From Candidatus Dojkabacteria bacterium (GTDB lineage Bacteria; Patescibacteriota; Dojkabacteria; J137), in the NCBI GenBank assembly GCA_030950485.1, contig JAUZRK010000013.1, positions 9,893 through 73,892 of the forward strand: DNA of 64,000 nucleotides, given 5' to 3'. The translations under genes were made by a program, and so were the position numbers. Numbering within the stretch: the first letter of the stretch is position 1; each line of letters starts with the position of its first letter. Of this stretch, positions 39,956-50,069 are shown piece after piece. Under the pieces are notes generated by a model. The model was not told the origin of the DNA. It ran no database searches and was given only the letters and a program-made list of their open reading frames with translations.

Positions 39956-41797
39956 ATGGAGCAAACTAGTAATAGTCAAAATTTAGGTGTTGAAGAATTC
40001 TTTAGCGGAAAAGCAAAGACAATAAATCCGTCTAATGAGTTTCAGAGTCACTTAAGAGATAATGTTCTCCAAAGTTATATTAATTTTTATGATCAAAAAC
40101 ATATGGAAGTAGAAAAGAAAACTTCTATTTTTAAGAAATACGGAATGCTTTTAGGAAGCGCATTTGCAATCGTATTTGTAGTAGCATTAGCTGCACTATT
40201 TATTACTAATAAAGACTCAGATGATAAATCTGAAAATGAAAATATAGCTGAAGGTACTTTCTTAGGTGCTGAAGTAGCTTTTTATGACGGTGATTTAGAG
40301 TTAATGAACGAATCTGGTGGATGGGATGATTACTCTGAAGGATATGTTTTAGAAGAAGGAGATTCATTAAGAATAGCAGGAGCTGGTAGAGCTGCAGTAA
40401 ACTTTGATGATGGGTCTGCTATTAGACTAAACTCAAATACTGAGGTAACACTAAGTTCATTAGATCCTCAGAATATTGTTATCTCAAATAATTCAGGTGA
40501 AGTTTACTCAAGAGTAGTTAAATCTGATAGAGATTTTAGTATTGTTGCAGATGATATTAGATATCACTCTTTAGGAACTGCTTATAAAACTATAAATAAA
40601 GAAAATAAAAAGGGAGTAGTGGTTTACGAAAGTAAAGTAGAAATCTTAGGGATTAATAATAATGGTGACATTTTAGTTAACCAAGGAGAAGAATTTTTCT
40701 TAGTTAATGTTGACGCTCCAGAAACTGCAAATAAAGTACAAACAGTTAACGTTGATGATCTTGATAAGGATGAGTTCATCCAATGGAATAAGACTCAAGA
40801 TTCTGTAGAGTTTAAAAATAATTTAGGAATACTAGACAAAGCAAACTTTAAAGCAGAGAGTGTAACAGTTGAAGAATCTAATGTTGTTGAGGTAAGTACA
40901 GGTAACATATCAGCCTCAGGTTATCCAACAGAAGAAGGTGTGATGATAAATTGGGAAATATCTGAGGGATTAGATGTTTCTAAAGGATTTAAAGTATTAA
41001 AAAGCTTCGAGCCAAATCCTACTTTTCGAGGGAATGCTGCTGCAAATTACATCTCAGATTCTAGCGTAAGAACATACTTTGAACCTGTTCAAGATGGAAA
41101 GAGTTACCATTTTAGAGTATGTAGATATACAGGAGGTTCTTGTGATAGTTATAGTGCTGACATTGTAATTCAAGCACCTTTAGTACAGGTTAAAGATGAA
41201 CCTAAAACTAATCCAGTTCCAGTAAATGATAGTGCATCAATCAGTCTAAGCGGAAGTGCAACTGCTGATGGAATTACTTTAAATTGGAGTGTAAGCGGTT
41301 CAGCACCACAAGGTTATAAAGTTGTAAAAAGTTTATCACCAAATCCAGCATATGGAATTGACGATGCTACTTACATTGGAGATGAAAATCAAAAATCACA
41401 TTATATAAGTGTCAAAGATGGTAAGACATATAATTTCAGAGTATGTATATATACTGGAAACGGCTGTGATTCTTATAGTAATAATATTGCTGTAACTGCT
41501 TCCAGTGGTCCTGTAGCTGGAGTAAACTCTATTAGCTTAAGTTCAGGTGGTGGAGAGATAGTAAATTGGTCAACAAGTGGTTACGCTGCTGAAGGTTTTA
41601 AGGTTACTTACTCTAAAACAGCAGGTCCAACGTATCCTGCAAGAGGAACTGATAAAGCGCAGTATGCTTCAGATCCTAATACTACAAGCAATTATATTAA
41701 TGCTTTTGATGGAGCTGGAACTTACTTTGTAAGAGTGTGTGAATATAAAAGTGGTACTTGTGGAGTTTATTCAAACGAGATTACAGTTAATTTATAA
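39956..41797 (+). CDS. Putative anti-sigma: cytoplasmic N-terminus, TM, FecR domain and three Cys-paired Fn3-like repeats
   Basis: RAAVNFDDGSAIRL, GEVYSRV and SLGTAY motifs, plus 3x Y.(F/V)RVC.Y....C..YS. Confidence 0.8.
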   Translation: MEQTSNSQNLGVEEFFSGKAKTINPSNEFQSHLRDNVLQSYINFYDQKHMEVEKKTSIFKKYGMLLGSAFAIVFVVALAALFITNKDSDDKSENENIAEGTFLGAEVAFYDGDLELMNESGGWDDYSEGYVLEEGDSLRIAGAGRAAVNFDDGSAIRLNSNTEVTLSSLDPQNIVISNNSGEVYSRVVKSDRDFSIVADDIRYHSLGTAYKTINKENKKGVVVYESKVEILGINNNGDILVNQGEEFFLVNVDAPETANKVQTVNVDDLDKDEFIQWNKTQDSVEFKNNLGILDKANFKAESVTVEESNVVEVSTGNISASGYPTEEGVMINWEISEGLDVSKGFKVLKSFEPNPTFRGNAAANYISDSSVRTYFEPVQDGKSYHFRVCRYTGGSCDSYSADIVIQAPLVQVKDEPKTNPVPVNDSASISLSGSATADGITLNWSVSGSAPQGYKVVKSLSPNPAYGIDDATYIGDENQKSHYISVKDGKTYNFRVCIYTGNGCDSYSNNIAVTASSGPVAGVNSISLSSGGGEIVNWSTSGYAAEGFKVTYSKTAGPTYPARGTDKAQYASDPNTTSNYINAFDGAGTYFVRVCEYKSGTCGVYSNEITVNL

Positions 41798-41830
41798 TAC
41801 TGTTAATGTTTTATTGAAGTATTTAAAAAA

Positions 41831-41861
41831 TATTGGAGCAGGGGTTAATTCTGCTCCAATA
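41831..41861. terminator. Hairpin terminator of the GGAGCAGGG repeat family
   Basis: TATTGGAGCAG-N9-CTGCTCCAATA. Confidence 0.7.
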
Positions 41862-41914
41862 CTTTATTATCTCAGAATTTGAAGAAAGATTAATTTTTAT
41901 ATAACTCCCAATTC

Positions 41915-41991
41915 TTTTTCATCTTATAGAGAAAAAACCACTAAATTTCTTTGGAATCAACCATTTTATAGTTGCGGAAAAGATAGCCTAA
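41915..41991 (+). repeat. Direct repeat, copy 2: remnant methyltransferase 3' end
   Basis: Translates FHLIEKKPLNFFGINHFIVAEKIA*. Confidence 0.9.
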
Positions 41992-41994
41992 TAG

Positions 41995-42651
41995 TTAGGC
42001 TTCTCTAGATATCTTTCCAATTTCTGCTTTAATGTTCTCATTATTTAGATAATTATGGCTAAAGCTAGGATCGCCTTTTTCAATATTTGTAATTATATTA
42101 TTAGATAGATAATGTAGGCTTTTAAGATCGGCTTCTTTTGCTAATTTCATCATCGTCTTCCATAATAATACATAATCTTTTCCAACTTCTTTATGTTTTA
42201 AATAGTTAATCTCACTTTGAGAATCTCTTTTTAACGCTTCTGATGTCTTAATCGTAAAAAATTCATTTACTGCATTGATTACGTATGCAAAAATATCTAT
42301 ATCTTCGTTGGTAAGTGAAATAGGGTAATGTAAATTGGGATCATTTAGGTAATCTAATAACTTATTGTAATGATCAATATCCGTTTGATCAAGCATTTCA
42401 TGAAAATCTTCTAATCGAAAACCAGCCTCTAAAAATTCTTTATAAAAATCGTTTAACGCTTGAACAAAGTCATAATCAATAAAGAAACTTTCTAAAGTAC
42501 GACTCTGATCTGAAATAAATAAAAATTTACTTTCAAGACATTTCAGGGAGTAGCCTAACTCAGTTTCATAAAATGCTGGATCTATAACATTAGTGTCTTC
42601 AAATGTATCAATTTCAGATAGAACAGATTGAATTTCGCTTTCAGTAATCAT
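41995..42651 (-). CDS. Hypothetical acidic protein
   Basis: 218-aa ORF overlapping the photolyase stop. Confidence 0.55.
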   Translation of the reverse strand: MITESEIQSVLSEIDTFEDTNVIDPAFYETELGYSLKCLESKFLFISDQSRTLESFFIDYDFVQALNDFYKEFLEAGFRLEDFHEMLDQTDIDHYNKLLDYLNDPNLHYPISLTNEDIDIFAYVINAVNEFFTIKTSEALKRDSQSEINYLKHKEVGKDYVLLWKTMMKLAKEADLKSLHYLSNNIITNIEKGDPSFSHNYLNNENIKAEIGKISREA

Positions 42652-44035
42652 TAGCGTTGCTTAAATTTAACTATATATTTATCAATATCGAATTTTCTCT
42701 TTAACCCATTAAAATTCATATATCGGATTTTACCAAATACTTCCCTTTCAAACCAAGCTCTATCGTGAACTCCAGCTATTGACCAAAGTATACCAACGTA
42801 ACCATTAGGGTCATATCCATCCAAACTATATTTATCATTTAAATAAATTGCTCTTTCTATAGCAACCTCTGCATTCTCAGACCACTCTAAAATCTTCTTG
42901 CACCAATACATTCTCATATATCCATGTATCTTACCCGTAGTCATCATTTAATCTGAGCTGCATTCCAAGCAATATCATGAGTTTCTGCATCTTCTAGCTC
43001 TTTAAGAGAGTATAGATATTCTCTTTTATCATTTTCGTGATCTTTGAAAGTTTTAATTGCCCAATCTTTAGCCCCTTTTAATGATTTATAGTTTTTATTG
43101 TAATAACAAAAATTATCGCTTAGTTCTTTTCTAATAATGAGTTCTTCTAAAAATGAATCAATCGATTTATCCATTTCATTATTAATGCTCCTTAGCTTTT
43201 GTAATTCTATGGCTACTCTTAGTGAACTTATCTGTCCAAAATGTAAATATGGACTTAGTCCAGATAAATGATTTAAACTCGGTTCATTTCTAAGTTCGCC
43301 GTAGGCTTCTAGTCGTTCATTAATGAAATTATTAAGGATTTCTTTAGCTGCATTTTCCCCGGAATCATGTTTAACTTTATAATCAAAATCTTCTATATCT
43401 AAGTTTTGTAAGATATCTTTAAAGTAGGTTTTATCTGGATTTATTTTGAATTTTTCATCTAAACCTATAATCTTAAAAGAATCTTGTTTTTTAAGTAATT
43501 CTGGTTCAACTAAATAACTAGCTAGTTTTGAATTAATTTTCGGACGAATAGTTCTAGCAGCGTATTCTTCTTTATCAGAAGTAACCCAGATAGGAACGAT
43601 ATTATGGGTATCGACAACGTAGCATGGTATTTTAAGTTTTTCTGCTAATTTCTTCTTTGTATTTATTGGTCCGTTTAATGGAGAAAAATCAAAATATATT
43701 GTTGAGACATTTAATTTATTTACAAGTTCTAGAACACTTTTATTAAAATCTCCAACTGAAGATATGAAAGATATATTTAATTTATTAAGATCTTTAACTA
43801 TTTCAGTCAGACCTTTAAACATAAATTCATATTGAGGTTTAATTCTATTTTTAACTTTTGGGTAAATATTAAAATAGACAATAACTGCTGAACCTAAAGC
43901 CTCAGCATGTTTACTCGCAGCTAGTAGCGCGTGATTATCATTAACTCTTTGATCTCTAGACATTACATAAATAATATTTCCGCTAGTATCATTGACTAAA
44001 GCACCGTTTAGTTTTTGTATTCTTGTTTTAAGCAT
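42651..44035 (-). pseudogene. phr: Class II CPD photolyase with a 1-nt frameshift near 42948
   Basis: YVMSRDQRVNDN, LSPYLHFGQIS and THDIAWNAAQ, then [23 protein letters not shown] and GKIRYM in the second ORF. Confidence 0.92.
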
Positions 44036-44067
44036 ACATTAAGTTTATCAAATGTTAATATTATTTT

Positions 44068-44712
44068 GTGAAAGTACTTAGTAATATAATAAAAAACATT
44101 CAGAATTCAATTCTATTGATCTATTATTCATTTAGAGATATCTTTTCTTCAAGAAAAGTACCTGTTAGTTGGTCAGAAGGAGAAAAGGGAGTAATTGTGC
44201 TAATTCCTGGTTTTGCAGAGAAGGTTAGCTTTATAAAATTATTAGGAGATAGATTTAATAAAAATGGCTACAAAGTAGTTTATCCAAATTCACTATCAAG
44301 AATTAATAATATTGAGGAGAATGTTGATAAGGTAATTAGTGAGTTAAATGATTTAAAAATAAAGAGTGCAATATTTATTACACATAAGGAGGGAGGTTTA
44401 GTTGCAGCAAGGGTTAAAGAAGTTAGAAAGGATCTAATTGATAAATTTATTGCTATTAATACACCTTGGAATATAGCTGATATTTTAGGGTCTAGGAAAA
44501 GATTAATTCAATCAAAAGACTTTATTGATTTTAGAAATAATAAATCATTAATAAGCGGAATTATAAATATCTATTCAAAGGGAAATAATACTGAGAATAC
44601 TAGGTTAAAAGGCGTTAAGAATATTTTGATTGATCAAAAAGGATCTATAGCAGTATTAAGTTCAAAAGAAGTTTTTAAATTGATTTCAAATTTAATAAAT
44701 GAAAATAATTAG
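44068..44712 (+). CDS. Alpha/beta hydrolase-like protein lacking the catalytic Ser
   Basis: LIPGFAE; THKEGG in place of GHSxG; paralog of the next gene. Confidence 0.7.
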   Translation: MKVLSNIIKNIQNSILLIYYSFRDIFSSRKVPVSWSEGEKGVIVLIPGFAEKVSFIKLLGDRFNKNGYKVVYPNSLSRINNIEENVDKVISELNDLKIKSAIFITHKEGGLVAARVKEVRKDLIDKFIAINTPWNIADILGSRKRLIQSKDFIDFRNNKSLISGIINIYSKGNNTENTRLKGVKNILIDQKGSIAVLSSKEVFKLISNLINENN

Positions 44713-45379
44713 TTTTTTTAAAAACAGTTTTTATTTAATATTAGAGTATATTTTAATTTTCAAACTATACTTTTTAGAACTTTTAAATCGTAATGCTCCA
44801 ATAAAATGGAATACTGGAGAGAGGGGAGTAGTAGTTTTAATACCAGGCTTTACTGAAGGATTAGAACATGTGCGTTATCTTGGGAATAGATTAAATGAAC
44901 AAGGATTTAGAATAATTATTCCAGCAATATCAACAAAAACTAAGAGAATTGAAGACTCCGCTAAAGAAGTACTCGCTGAGTTAGATGATTTAGGAATTAC
45001 TAAACCGATCTTAATAGGTCATAGTAAAGGAGCTCTAATATCTTGCTTTATTGAAAAAATAAAGCCTGGGTTTTCTTCTAAGATAGTAACAATATCAAGT
45101 CCAATCAAAGGAAGTATATGGGGTCATTTTAGAATAATGAATTTATCGGAAATGATTCCGAATTCTAAATTATTAAAGTACATTCAGGAAATTGCGAATG
45201 AGAAGATCTCTCTAAATATTTATCCTAAAGTCGATAATCATGTTATTCCAAAGAGTAGTTTAGTTTTAGGAAAGGAGGATATAGATGTTGAAGTAGATAT
45301 TGTTGGGCATACGAGGATATTGTTTGATGATAGAGTAATTATCTTAATTCTATGTGAATTAAATAATAAAGATAAATGA
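44699..45379 (+). CDS. Lipase/esterase alpha/beta hydrolase
   Basis: LIPGFTE, GHSKG, SSPIKGS, DNHV and GHTRIL motifs. Confidence 0.85.
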   Translation: MKIISFFKNSFYLILEYILIFKLYFLELLNRNAPIKWNTGERGVVVLIPGFTEGLEHVRYLGNRLNEQGFRIIIPAISTKTKRIEDSAKEVLAELDDLGITKPILIGHSKGALISCFIEKIKPGFSSKIVTISSPIKGSIWGHFRIMNLSEMIPNSKLLKYIQEIANEKISLNIYPKVDNHVIPKSSLVLGKEDIDVEVDIVGHTRILFDDRVIILILCELNNKDK

Positions 45380-46089
45380 AACAAGAACAAATGCAAAAAC
45401 TTATTTCAGATTTGCGAGAAGACTCTTTAGCTGAAAATATTGTTATTAACGGGAATGATAAAAGTTTAGTTAATCAATATAAACTTCACGATAATATTCC
45501 TAATAAGTGGTTCGACTGGGTAAATAGGGTAGATGCGCAGGTTATGATTATAGGGCAAGACTGGGGACCATATTCTGTCTTGAAAAAAATGATAGAAGAT
45601 CCGACTTATACGAATGATGAAGAAAGGTATTGGGGGACATTTTCCTCTCGTACTGAAAAATTCATAATGAAGGCAATTCAATCTACATATGAAGAAGAGG
45701 TAGGAGAATTCAATAGAGATGTCTTTGATAAGTTTATTTTTACAATGGCTGTTTTATTTACTAGAAAAGGAAATCATTTTAGAGGAGTGGATAATTTTCA
45801 CGAAAAGAGATCTTTTGAAATTTCATATCCGTATGTTTCTAGACAGATTGATATAGTTAAGCCGAAAGTAATAATGCCGCTGGGTAGAATGGGGGTAGAA
45901 ATTCTTGATAAAAAATTTGAATTAGGGCTATTTATTGATAAAACTTTGACTCAGATTGTTGAAGAAAATCTAGATAAAGAACCTATTAGGGTAGGTGATT
46001 ATTCTATTATCCCAAATTTTCATCCAGCTAGTCATACTGATCCTAAGAAACAGATTAGACAGTGGAGGAAGATTTGGGAAATAGCTTGA
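45376..46089 (+). CDS. Uracil-DNA glycosylase superfamily protein
   Basis: IIGQDWG, IVKPKVIMPLG and FHPAS motifs. Confidence 0.8.
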   Translation: MKQEQMQKLISDLREDSLAENIVINGNDKSLVNQYKLHDNIPNKWFDWVNRVDAQVMIIGQDWGPYSVLKKMIEDPTYTNDEERYWGTFSSRTEKFIMKAIQSTYEEEVGEFNRDVFDKFIFTMAVLFTRKGNHFRGVDNFHEKRSFEISYPYVSRQIDIVKPKVIMPLGRMGVEILDKKFELGLFIDKTLTQIVEENLDKEPIRVGDYSIIPNFHPASHTDPKKQIRQWRKIWEIA

Positions 46090-46145
46090 TCTCAAGATAT
46101 AGATAAATCTGAATAGTATGGTTTAAGAGAAATGTCTTTGATTTA

Positions 46146-47003
46146 CTAAAGTGTATCCATAAAGTCAAAATCATCATCACCATCCTCGGCGAAATCCATA
46201 CCATATGCATCCATTATTGCATTTCCAAAAATTACACAAATATTTAACATAGTATCATCAAACTCATCGCTCATATTTAATTGAGAGAATTGGCCTAATA
46301 ATTTTAGATAGTTAAGAAGTTCGAGAGCAACTGTCATTGCTAGGCCAGTTTTTCGTCCAATCTTATCAATAAACTCTGCTTTGAATTTTAATAAGAACTC
46401 ATCCTGAGTCCCTCCGATTTTTGCACTTAAACTTGCGAGTAAGGGCTTTATTGAATCAGAATTAACTAAATCTGCCTCGTGACCAAAGTACTCTTGTTGT
46501 AAATCAACGGGACCTCTTGTATTTATATCTGGTTTTGCTCTTTCAGCTTCTCTTTGTTCTTCTGTTAAATCAATGTTTGCAGTAGAAGATGAAAGACCTC
46601 TGACTTTAGTAGCCCTAACTTGTCTAATTAAGTCTGTCCCAGGATTTACACTTTCAACTATTTCAGCTACTTCTTCTAGTACATCAATTGCTAATAACCG
46701 CATACTATCAGCGAGCTGAGTAGTTCTTGCTTGGTCAAATAGTGACATATCAAAATGCTTTGGCATCTTATCCGCATCATCTAATTTCTCTAATATTTTA
46801 TCTGAGTATTTTGATAGGTCTAATATTTCTAATGTTCTTATATCTCTTTGTGTAGCATTACCTTCATATTACTTATTAGTTAGATTCACATATTGAATTA
46901 ATAAGTTACCTACAGGTACTTCATACTTAGATTGGTCTAACGGTATTATGTTAGTTGTTTCTACTGCTTCAGGTGTATCTATTTCAGTGTTGATTTCTTC
47001 CAT
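46146..47003 (-). pseudogene. Hypothetical protein with an in-frame TAA
   Basis: ATG at 47003 (MEEINTEIDTP...) is in frame with ORF 46146-46766; a single TAA lies at 46869-46871. Confidence 0.6.
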
Positions 47004-47044
47004 ACTTGATTCTAACATTTTGGAGTCAAAATTTGTAAATTCTT

Positions 47045-47755
47045 TTACCCTATGACTTTTACAACCTGTTCCACGAAAAATGTAGAATCTTTTTTATGAA
47101 GCGCATGCTTAAATTTATCTTCTATTGTAATTAGTTCAATATTATTATTATTATTTAACTCACTAAAAGTCTTACTAGAAGAGTATTTTGTATAAGTATC
47201 AGATTTAGAATGAAAGATATAAATTGGTCTTTTATTAGATTTAACTAAATCTAGGACTTCTTTTTGCATTTTTTTAATCCCTAAAAAGAGTCGAGGAGTT
47301 ATCTGATCGTGAAATAGTGGATCTTTCTTTAATTCGTTATTGCCTAAAATCCCGGCTCTTAAACTTAGTTGTGGATAAATATAATTCATTATCTTTGAAA
47401 GAAAGCTAGACCAAATAGGGTATTTTTTATAAGTTTCAATGGCAGGAGCAAATAATATCAACTTATCAAAACTATGGTTATATTTTAGAAAATAATGAAG
47501 TGAAACAAGTCCTCCTAAACTATAACCAAGTAAAATTTTATCTGAGTCATCAATAAAATCTAGTAACGCCTTATCTATATCGTCCCTAAAGTCTGTAATT
47601 GATTTTATATAACCTTGCTTACTATGATTCTCTCCGAACCCTCTTAAATCAATAGAATGAGTCTTAATATCAACTTTTTCTAGTTCATTTAAGAACTTCT
47701 GTTCTGAGTTTTTATGGCCACCAAATCCATGGATGTATAGTAATTCGTGTTTCAT
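47045..47755 (-). CDS. Lysophospholipase-like alpha/beta hydrolase
   Basis: IHGFGG, DLRGFG, GYSLGG, D and KHAL motifs. Confidence 0.85.
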   Translation of the reverse strand: MKHELLYIHGFGGHKNSEQKFLNELEKVDIKTHSIDLRGFGENHSKQGYIKSITDFRDDIDKALLDFIDDSDKILLGYSLGGLVSLHYFLKYNHSFDKLILFAPAIETYKKYPIWSSFLSKIMNYIYPQLSLRAGILGNNELKKDPLFHDQITPRLFLGIKKMQKEVLDLVKSNKRPIYIFHSKSDTYTKYSSSKTFSELNNNNNIELITIEDKFKHALHKKDSTFFVEQVVKVIG

Positions 47756-48462
47756 TTATTTAATTCTAAATATTCTACTTTAGTCATTGAAGTATCAAAA
47801 AGTCTTTTTAATAATGCTTTAAACATTTGTGTCGTCGCAAGGTCTTCATAAATATTAACCTTAAACCCACCTTTTTCAAAGCTACAAATTCCGACACGGT
47901 CATTCCACCAGTAAATATCACAATTAACGTTTATAATATCTTTTGTAGCAATTCGTCCTATAAACCAAGGTTCCCAGAGCTTTTTTCTTGAGTGATCCTT
48001 TAAAAGTGCTATATTTTCTTTAGTATCTGTAACTGTAAATATATCTCTTCTTTTCTTTACTGAAATTGTATCTCTATATATTTCTACTGCTTCGTATAAT
48101 TCAGGGATAAGCTTTCTTTCTAGGTTGCCATAGCCCCAAATCTCTCCACTACCTGCAGCAATTAAATTTAACATATCTATATATGCATCTAGTCCTACAA
48201 TACTATTTTTCATTAATACATTCTCAAGATCAAACTTTTTACTCTCAATATAATTTTCCAAAACTTCTTTAGACTCAAGAGAGTAATATATCTTTTTTGC
48301 TGAAATTTCCTTCTTTCTTATGATCTTTTCTTCTAAAAGTTTTTCGAGTTGAAACGAAATGCTCGATTTATTCAATTTAAGTGAACTTGAAATATCAGCA
48401 AGGCTAAGACTACTTTCTCTTTTCAGTAAATCAATTATAGATTCTTGTTGCTGCGTAAACAT
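47752..48462 (-). CDS. TrmB-like wHTH transcriptional regulator
   Basis: HTH (LSLADISSSLKLNKSSISFQLEKL) plus a TrmB-like effector domain (DIYWWNDRVGI...FKALLKRLF). Confidence 0.75.
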   Translation of the reverse strand: MFTQQQESIIDLLKRESSLSLADISSSLKLNKSSISFQLEKLLEEKIIRKKEISAKKIYYSLESKEVLENYIESKKFDLENVLMKNSIVGLDAYIDMLNLIAAGSGEIWGYGNLERKLIPELYEAVEIYRDTISVKKRRDIFTVTDTKENIALLKDHSRKKLWEPWFIGRIATKDIINVNCDIYWWNDRVGICSFEKGGFKVNIYEDLATTQMFKALLKRLFDTSMTKVEYLELNK

Positions 48463-48469
48463 GTTCTTT

Positions 48470-48506
48470 ATTCAGTAAATATGTATAATTGTACAGTAAT
48501 ACTGAA
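48470..48506. promoter_or_regulatory. Candidate operator CAGTA-A-TACTG
   Basis: Palindrome at 48494-48504 and half-site ATTCAGTA at 48470, in the divergent intergenic region. Confidence 0.45.
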
Positions 48507-48558
48507 TATATATCAAGACATTGTTATAATATATTCATAATATTAAGCTAAATTATAA

Positions 48559-49533
48559 ATGACAAGAATACTAACTAATAAAATTATCATAGAAAATGCG
48601 AATATCATGAAAATGATTGAATCTGTTGAAGATTCATATAGAAACATTGATAAATATGGGATTCCTCCAAGATTTTTCGCAAATACAAAGAATGGAGGAG
48701 ACTATTTAGTTGCTGCTTGTACTAACTTGACAAATGATACTTTTATTATAAGAGGATCAGACTTTACACCTGGAAGAACTCCAACTGTAATGGGTCATTT
48801 TATGTATAAAAGTTACGCGACGGGAGAACTTCTAGCTATTGCTGATGGGGCTGAGCTTATTAATTATCGAACTGGTGCTAAAGCTGCAGTTGCTGCTAAA
48901 TATCTTGCAAGAAAGAACTCTGAAACATTAGGTTTAATCGGACTTGGCGAGAGCGTAAAGGTTCACGCTGAATGTATGAAGGCATTATTTCCATTGAAGA
49001 GAATTCTTGGATTTTCAAGAAATCCAGAACAATGGAGTACCCAATTAAATTATATTAAGGAGAAAACAGGAATCGAAGTTGAAATAGTCAGTAGAGAAGA
49101 GTTAATAAATGAATCAGATATTATTGTTTTAAGTACAAGATCAAAAGAACCTTTAGTGAAATTAGAAGAAGCAAAGCGAGCCGGACAGTTAATTATTTCA
49201 ACAGCTCATACTGAAGAAGTTGATAAAGAGATTGCAAAATCAAAAGACATTAAGACATTTGTTGGTAGATATGAAGTTGCTAAAACTGAGTTTGGACCTG
49301 TTAAAGTAGCTCTAGACGAAGGTTTTGATGAATCAATAATGAATGGCGAATTGAGAGAAGTGATAAATGCAGCGCTTACAGTAGGGGCGAATGATAATTC
49401 GCCCTTACTGGGAAGAGAAAATGAAGAAGAGATTATTTTCTTTCAATCATTAGGATCAACACATGAAGATATGGCGGTTTTGGAGGCTGCATATGAGACG
49501 GTAGGAGATAAGGCTGAGAGTGTAGAAGTTTAA
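48559..49533 (+). CDS. Ornithine cyclodeaminase / mu-crystallin family
   Basis: TGELLAIADG, YRTGA..AVAAKYLAR, GLIGLG and FQSLG..EDMA motifs. Confidence 0.88.
   Translation: MTRILTNKIIIENANIMKMIESVEDSYRNIDKYGIPPRFFANTKNGGDYLVAACTNLTNDTFIIRGSDFTPGRTPTVMGHFMYKSYATGELLAIADGAELINYRTGAKAAVAAKYLARKNSETLGLIGLGESVKVHAECMKALFPLKRILGFSRNPEQWSTQLNYIKEKTGIEVEIVSREELINESDIIVLSTRSKEPLVKLEEAKRAGQLIISTAHTEEVDKEIAKSKDIKTFVGRYEVAKTEFGPVKVALDEGFDESIMNGELREVINAALTVGANDNSPLLGRENEEEIIFFQSLGSTHEDMAVLEAAYETVGDKAESVEV
49381..49408 (+). repeat. GTAG-type REP hairpin inside the OCD coding sequence
   Basis: GTAGGGGCGAATGATAATTCGCCCTTAC. Confidence 0.75.
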
Positions 49534-49545
49534 ATATATAAAACC

Positions 49546-49577
49546 CCGTAGGGGCAAGATATATCTTGCCCCTACGG
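49546..49577. repeat. GTAG-type REP palindrome or terminator
   Basis: Perfect palindrome CCGTAGGGGCAAGATATATCTTGCCCCTACGG. Confidence 0.8.
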
Positions 49578-49603
49578 ATAAAACAATTATTAAATATAAA
49601 AAT

Positions 49604-50062
49604 ATGCAAACACCAGGCCAGTACATTCCATTTAGTTACAAAATTAATGCCATGGATTTAAATGTCTATCCAGTTTTAGACGAGAATCCACTAAAAGATA
49701 TTTTTAAAAATGAAGATGAAATTATTGATCATTTAAAACAGCTGTATTCTAAGAATGATTTAGATGAAGGAAGATATCATATTCTTTTCGTTTGGAATTT
49801 AAACGGAAACAGGATGACCGATGTCTGGGTTCATAAATTAGAAAATTGGAGTGAAGGATGCGGACCTTTACTTGAAGTTAAAACTTTTGAGAATTTAGAA
49901 GAAACTAGTGAAGCTGGAATTGCTTCTGGAGACAGTATTATGGCATTAGGTAGAGAAGAGGAGTTGAGACGAAATACTGAGAGCTTTGAAGATTATTTAG
50001 ACAGGTCAAAGGTAATGCCTGAATTTATGGATGGGTTTAAGCCGAATAAGAAATTTGAATAA
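49604..50062 (+). CDS. Hypothetical protein
   Basis: 152-aa ORF in the OCD operon. Confidence 0.6.
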   Translation: MQTPGQYIPFSYKINAMDLNVYPVLDENPLKDIFKNEDEIIDHLKQLYSKNDLDEGRYHILFVWNLNGNRMTDVWVHKLENWSEGCGPLLEVKTFENLEETSEAGIASGDSIMALGREEELRRNTESFEDYLDRSKVMPEFMDGFKPNKKFE

Positions 50063-50069
50063 TTTAACT

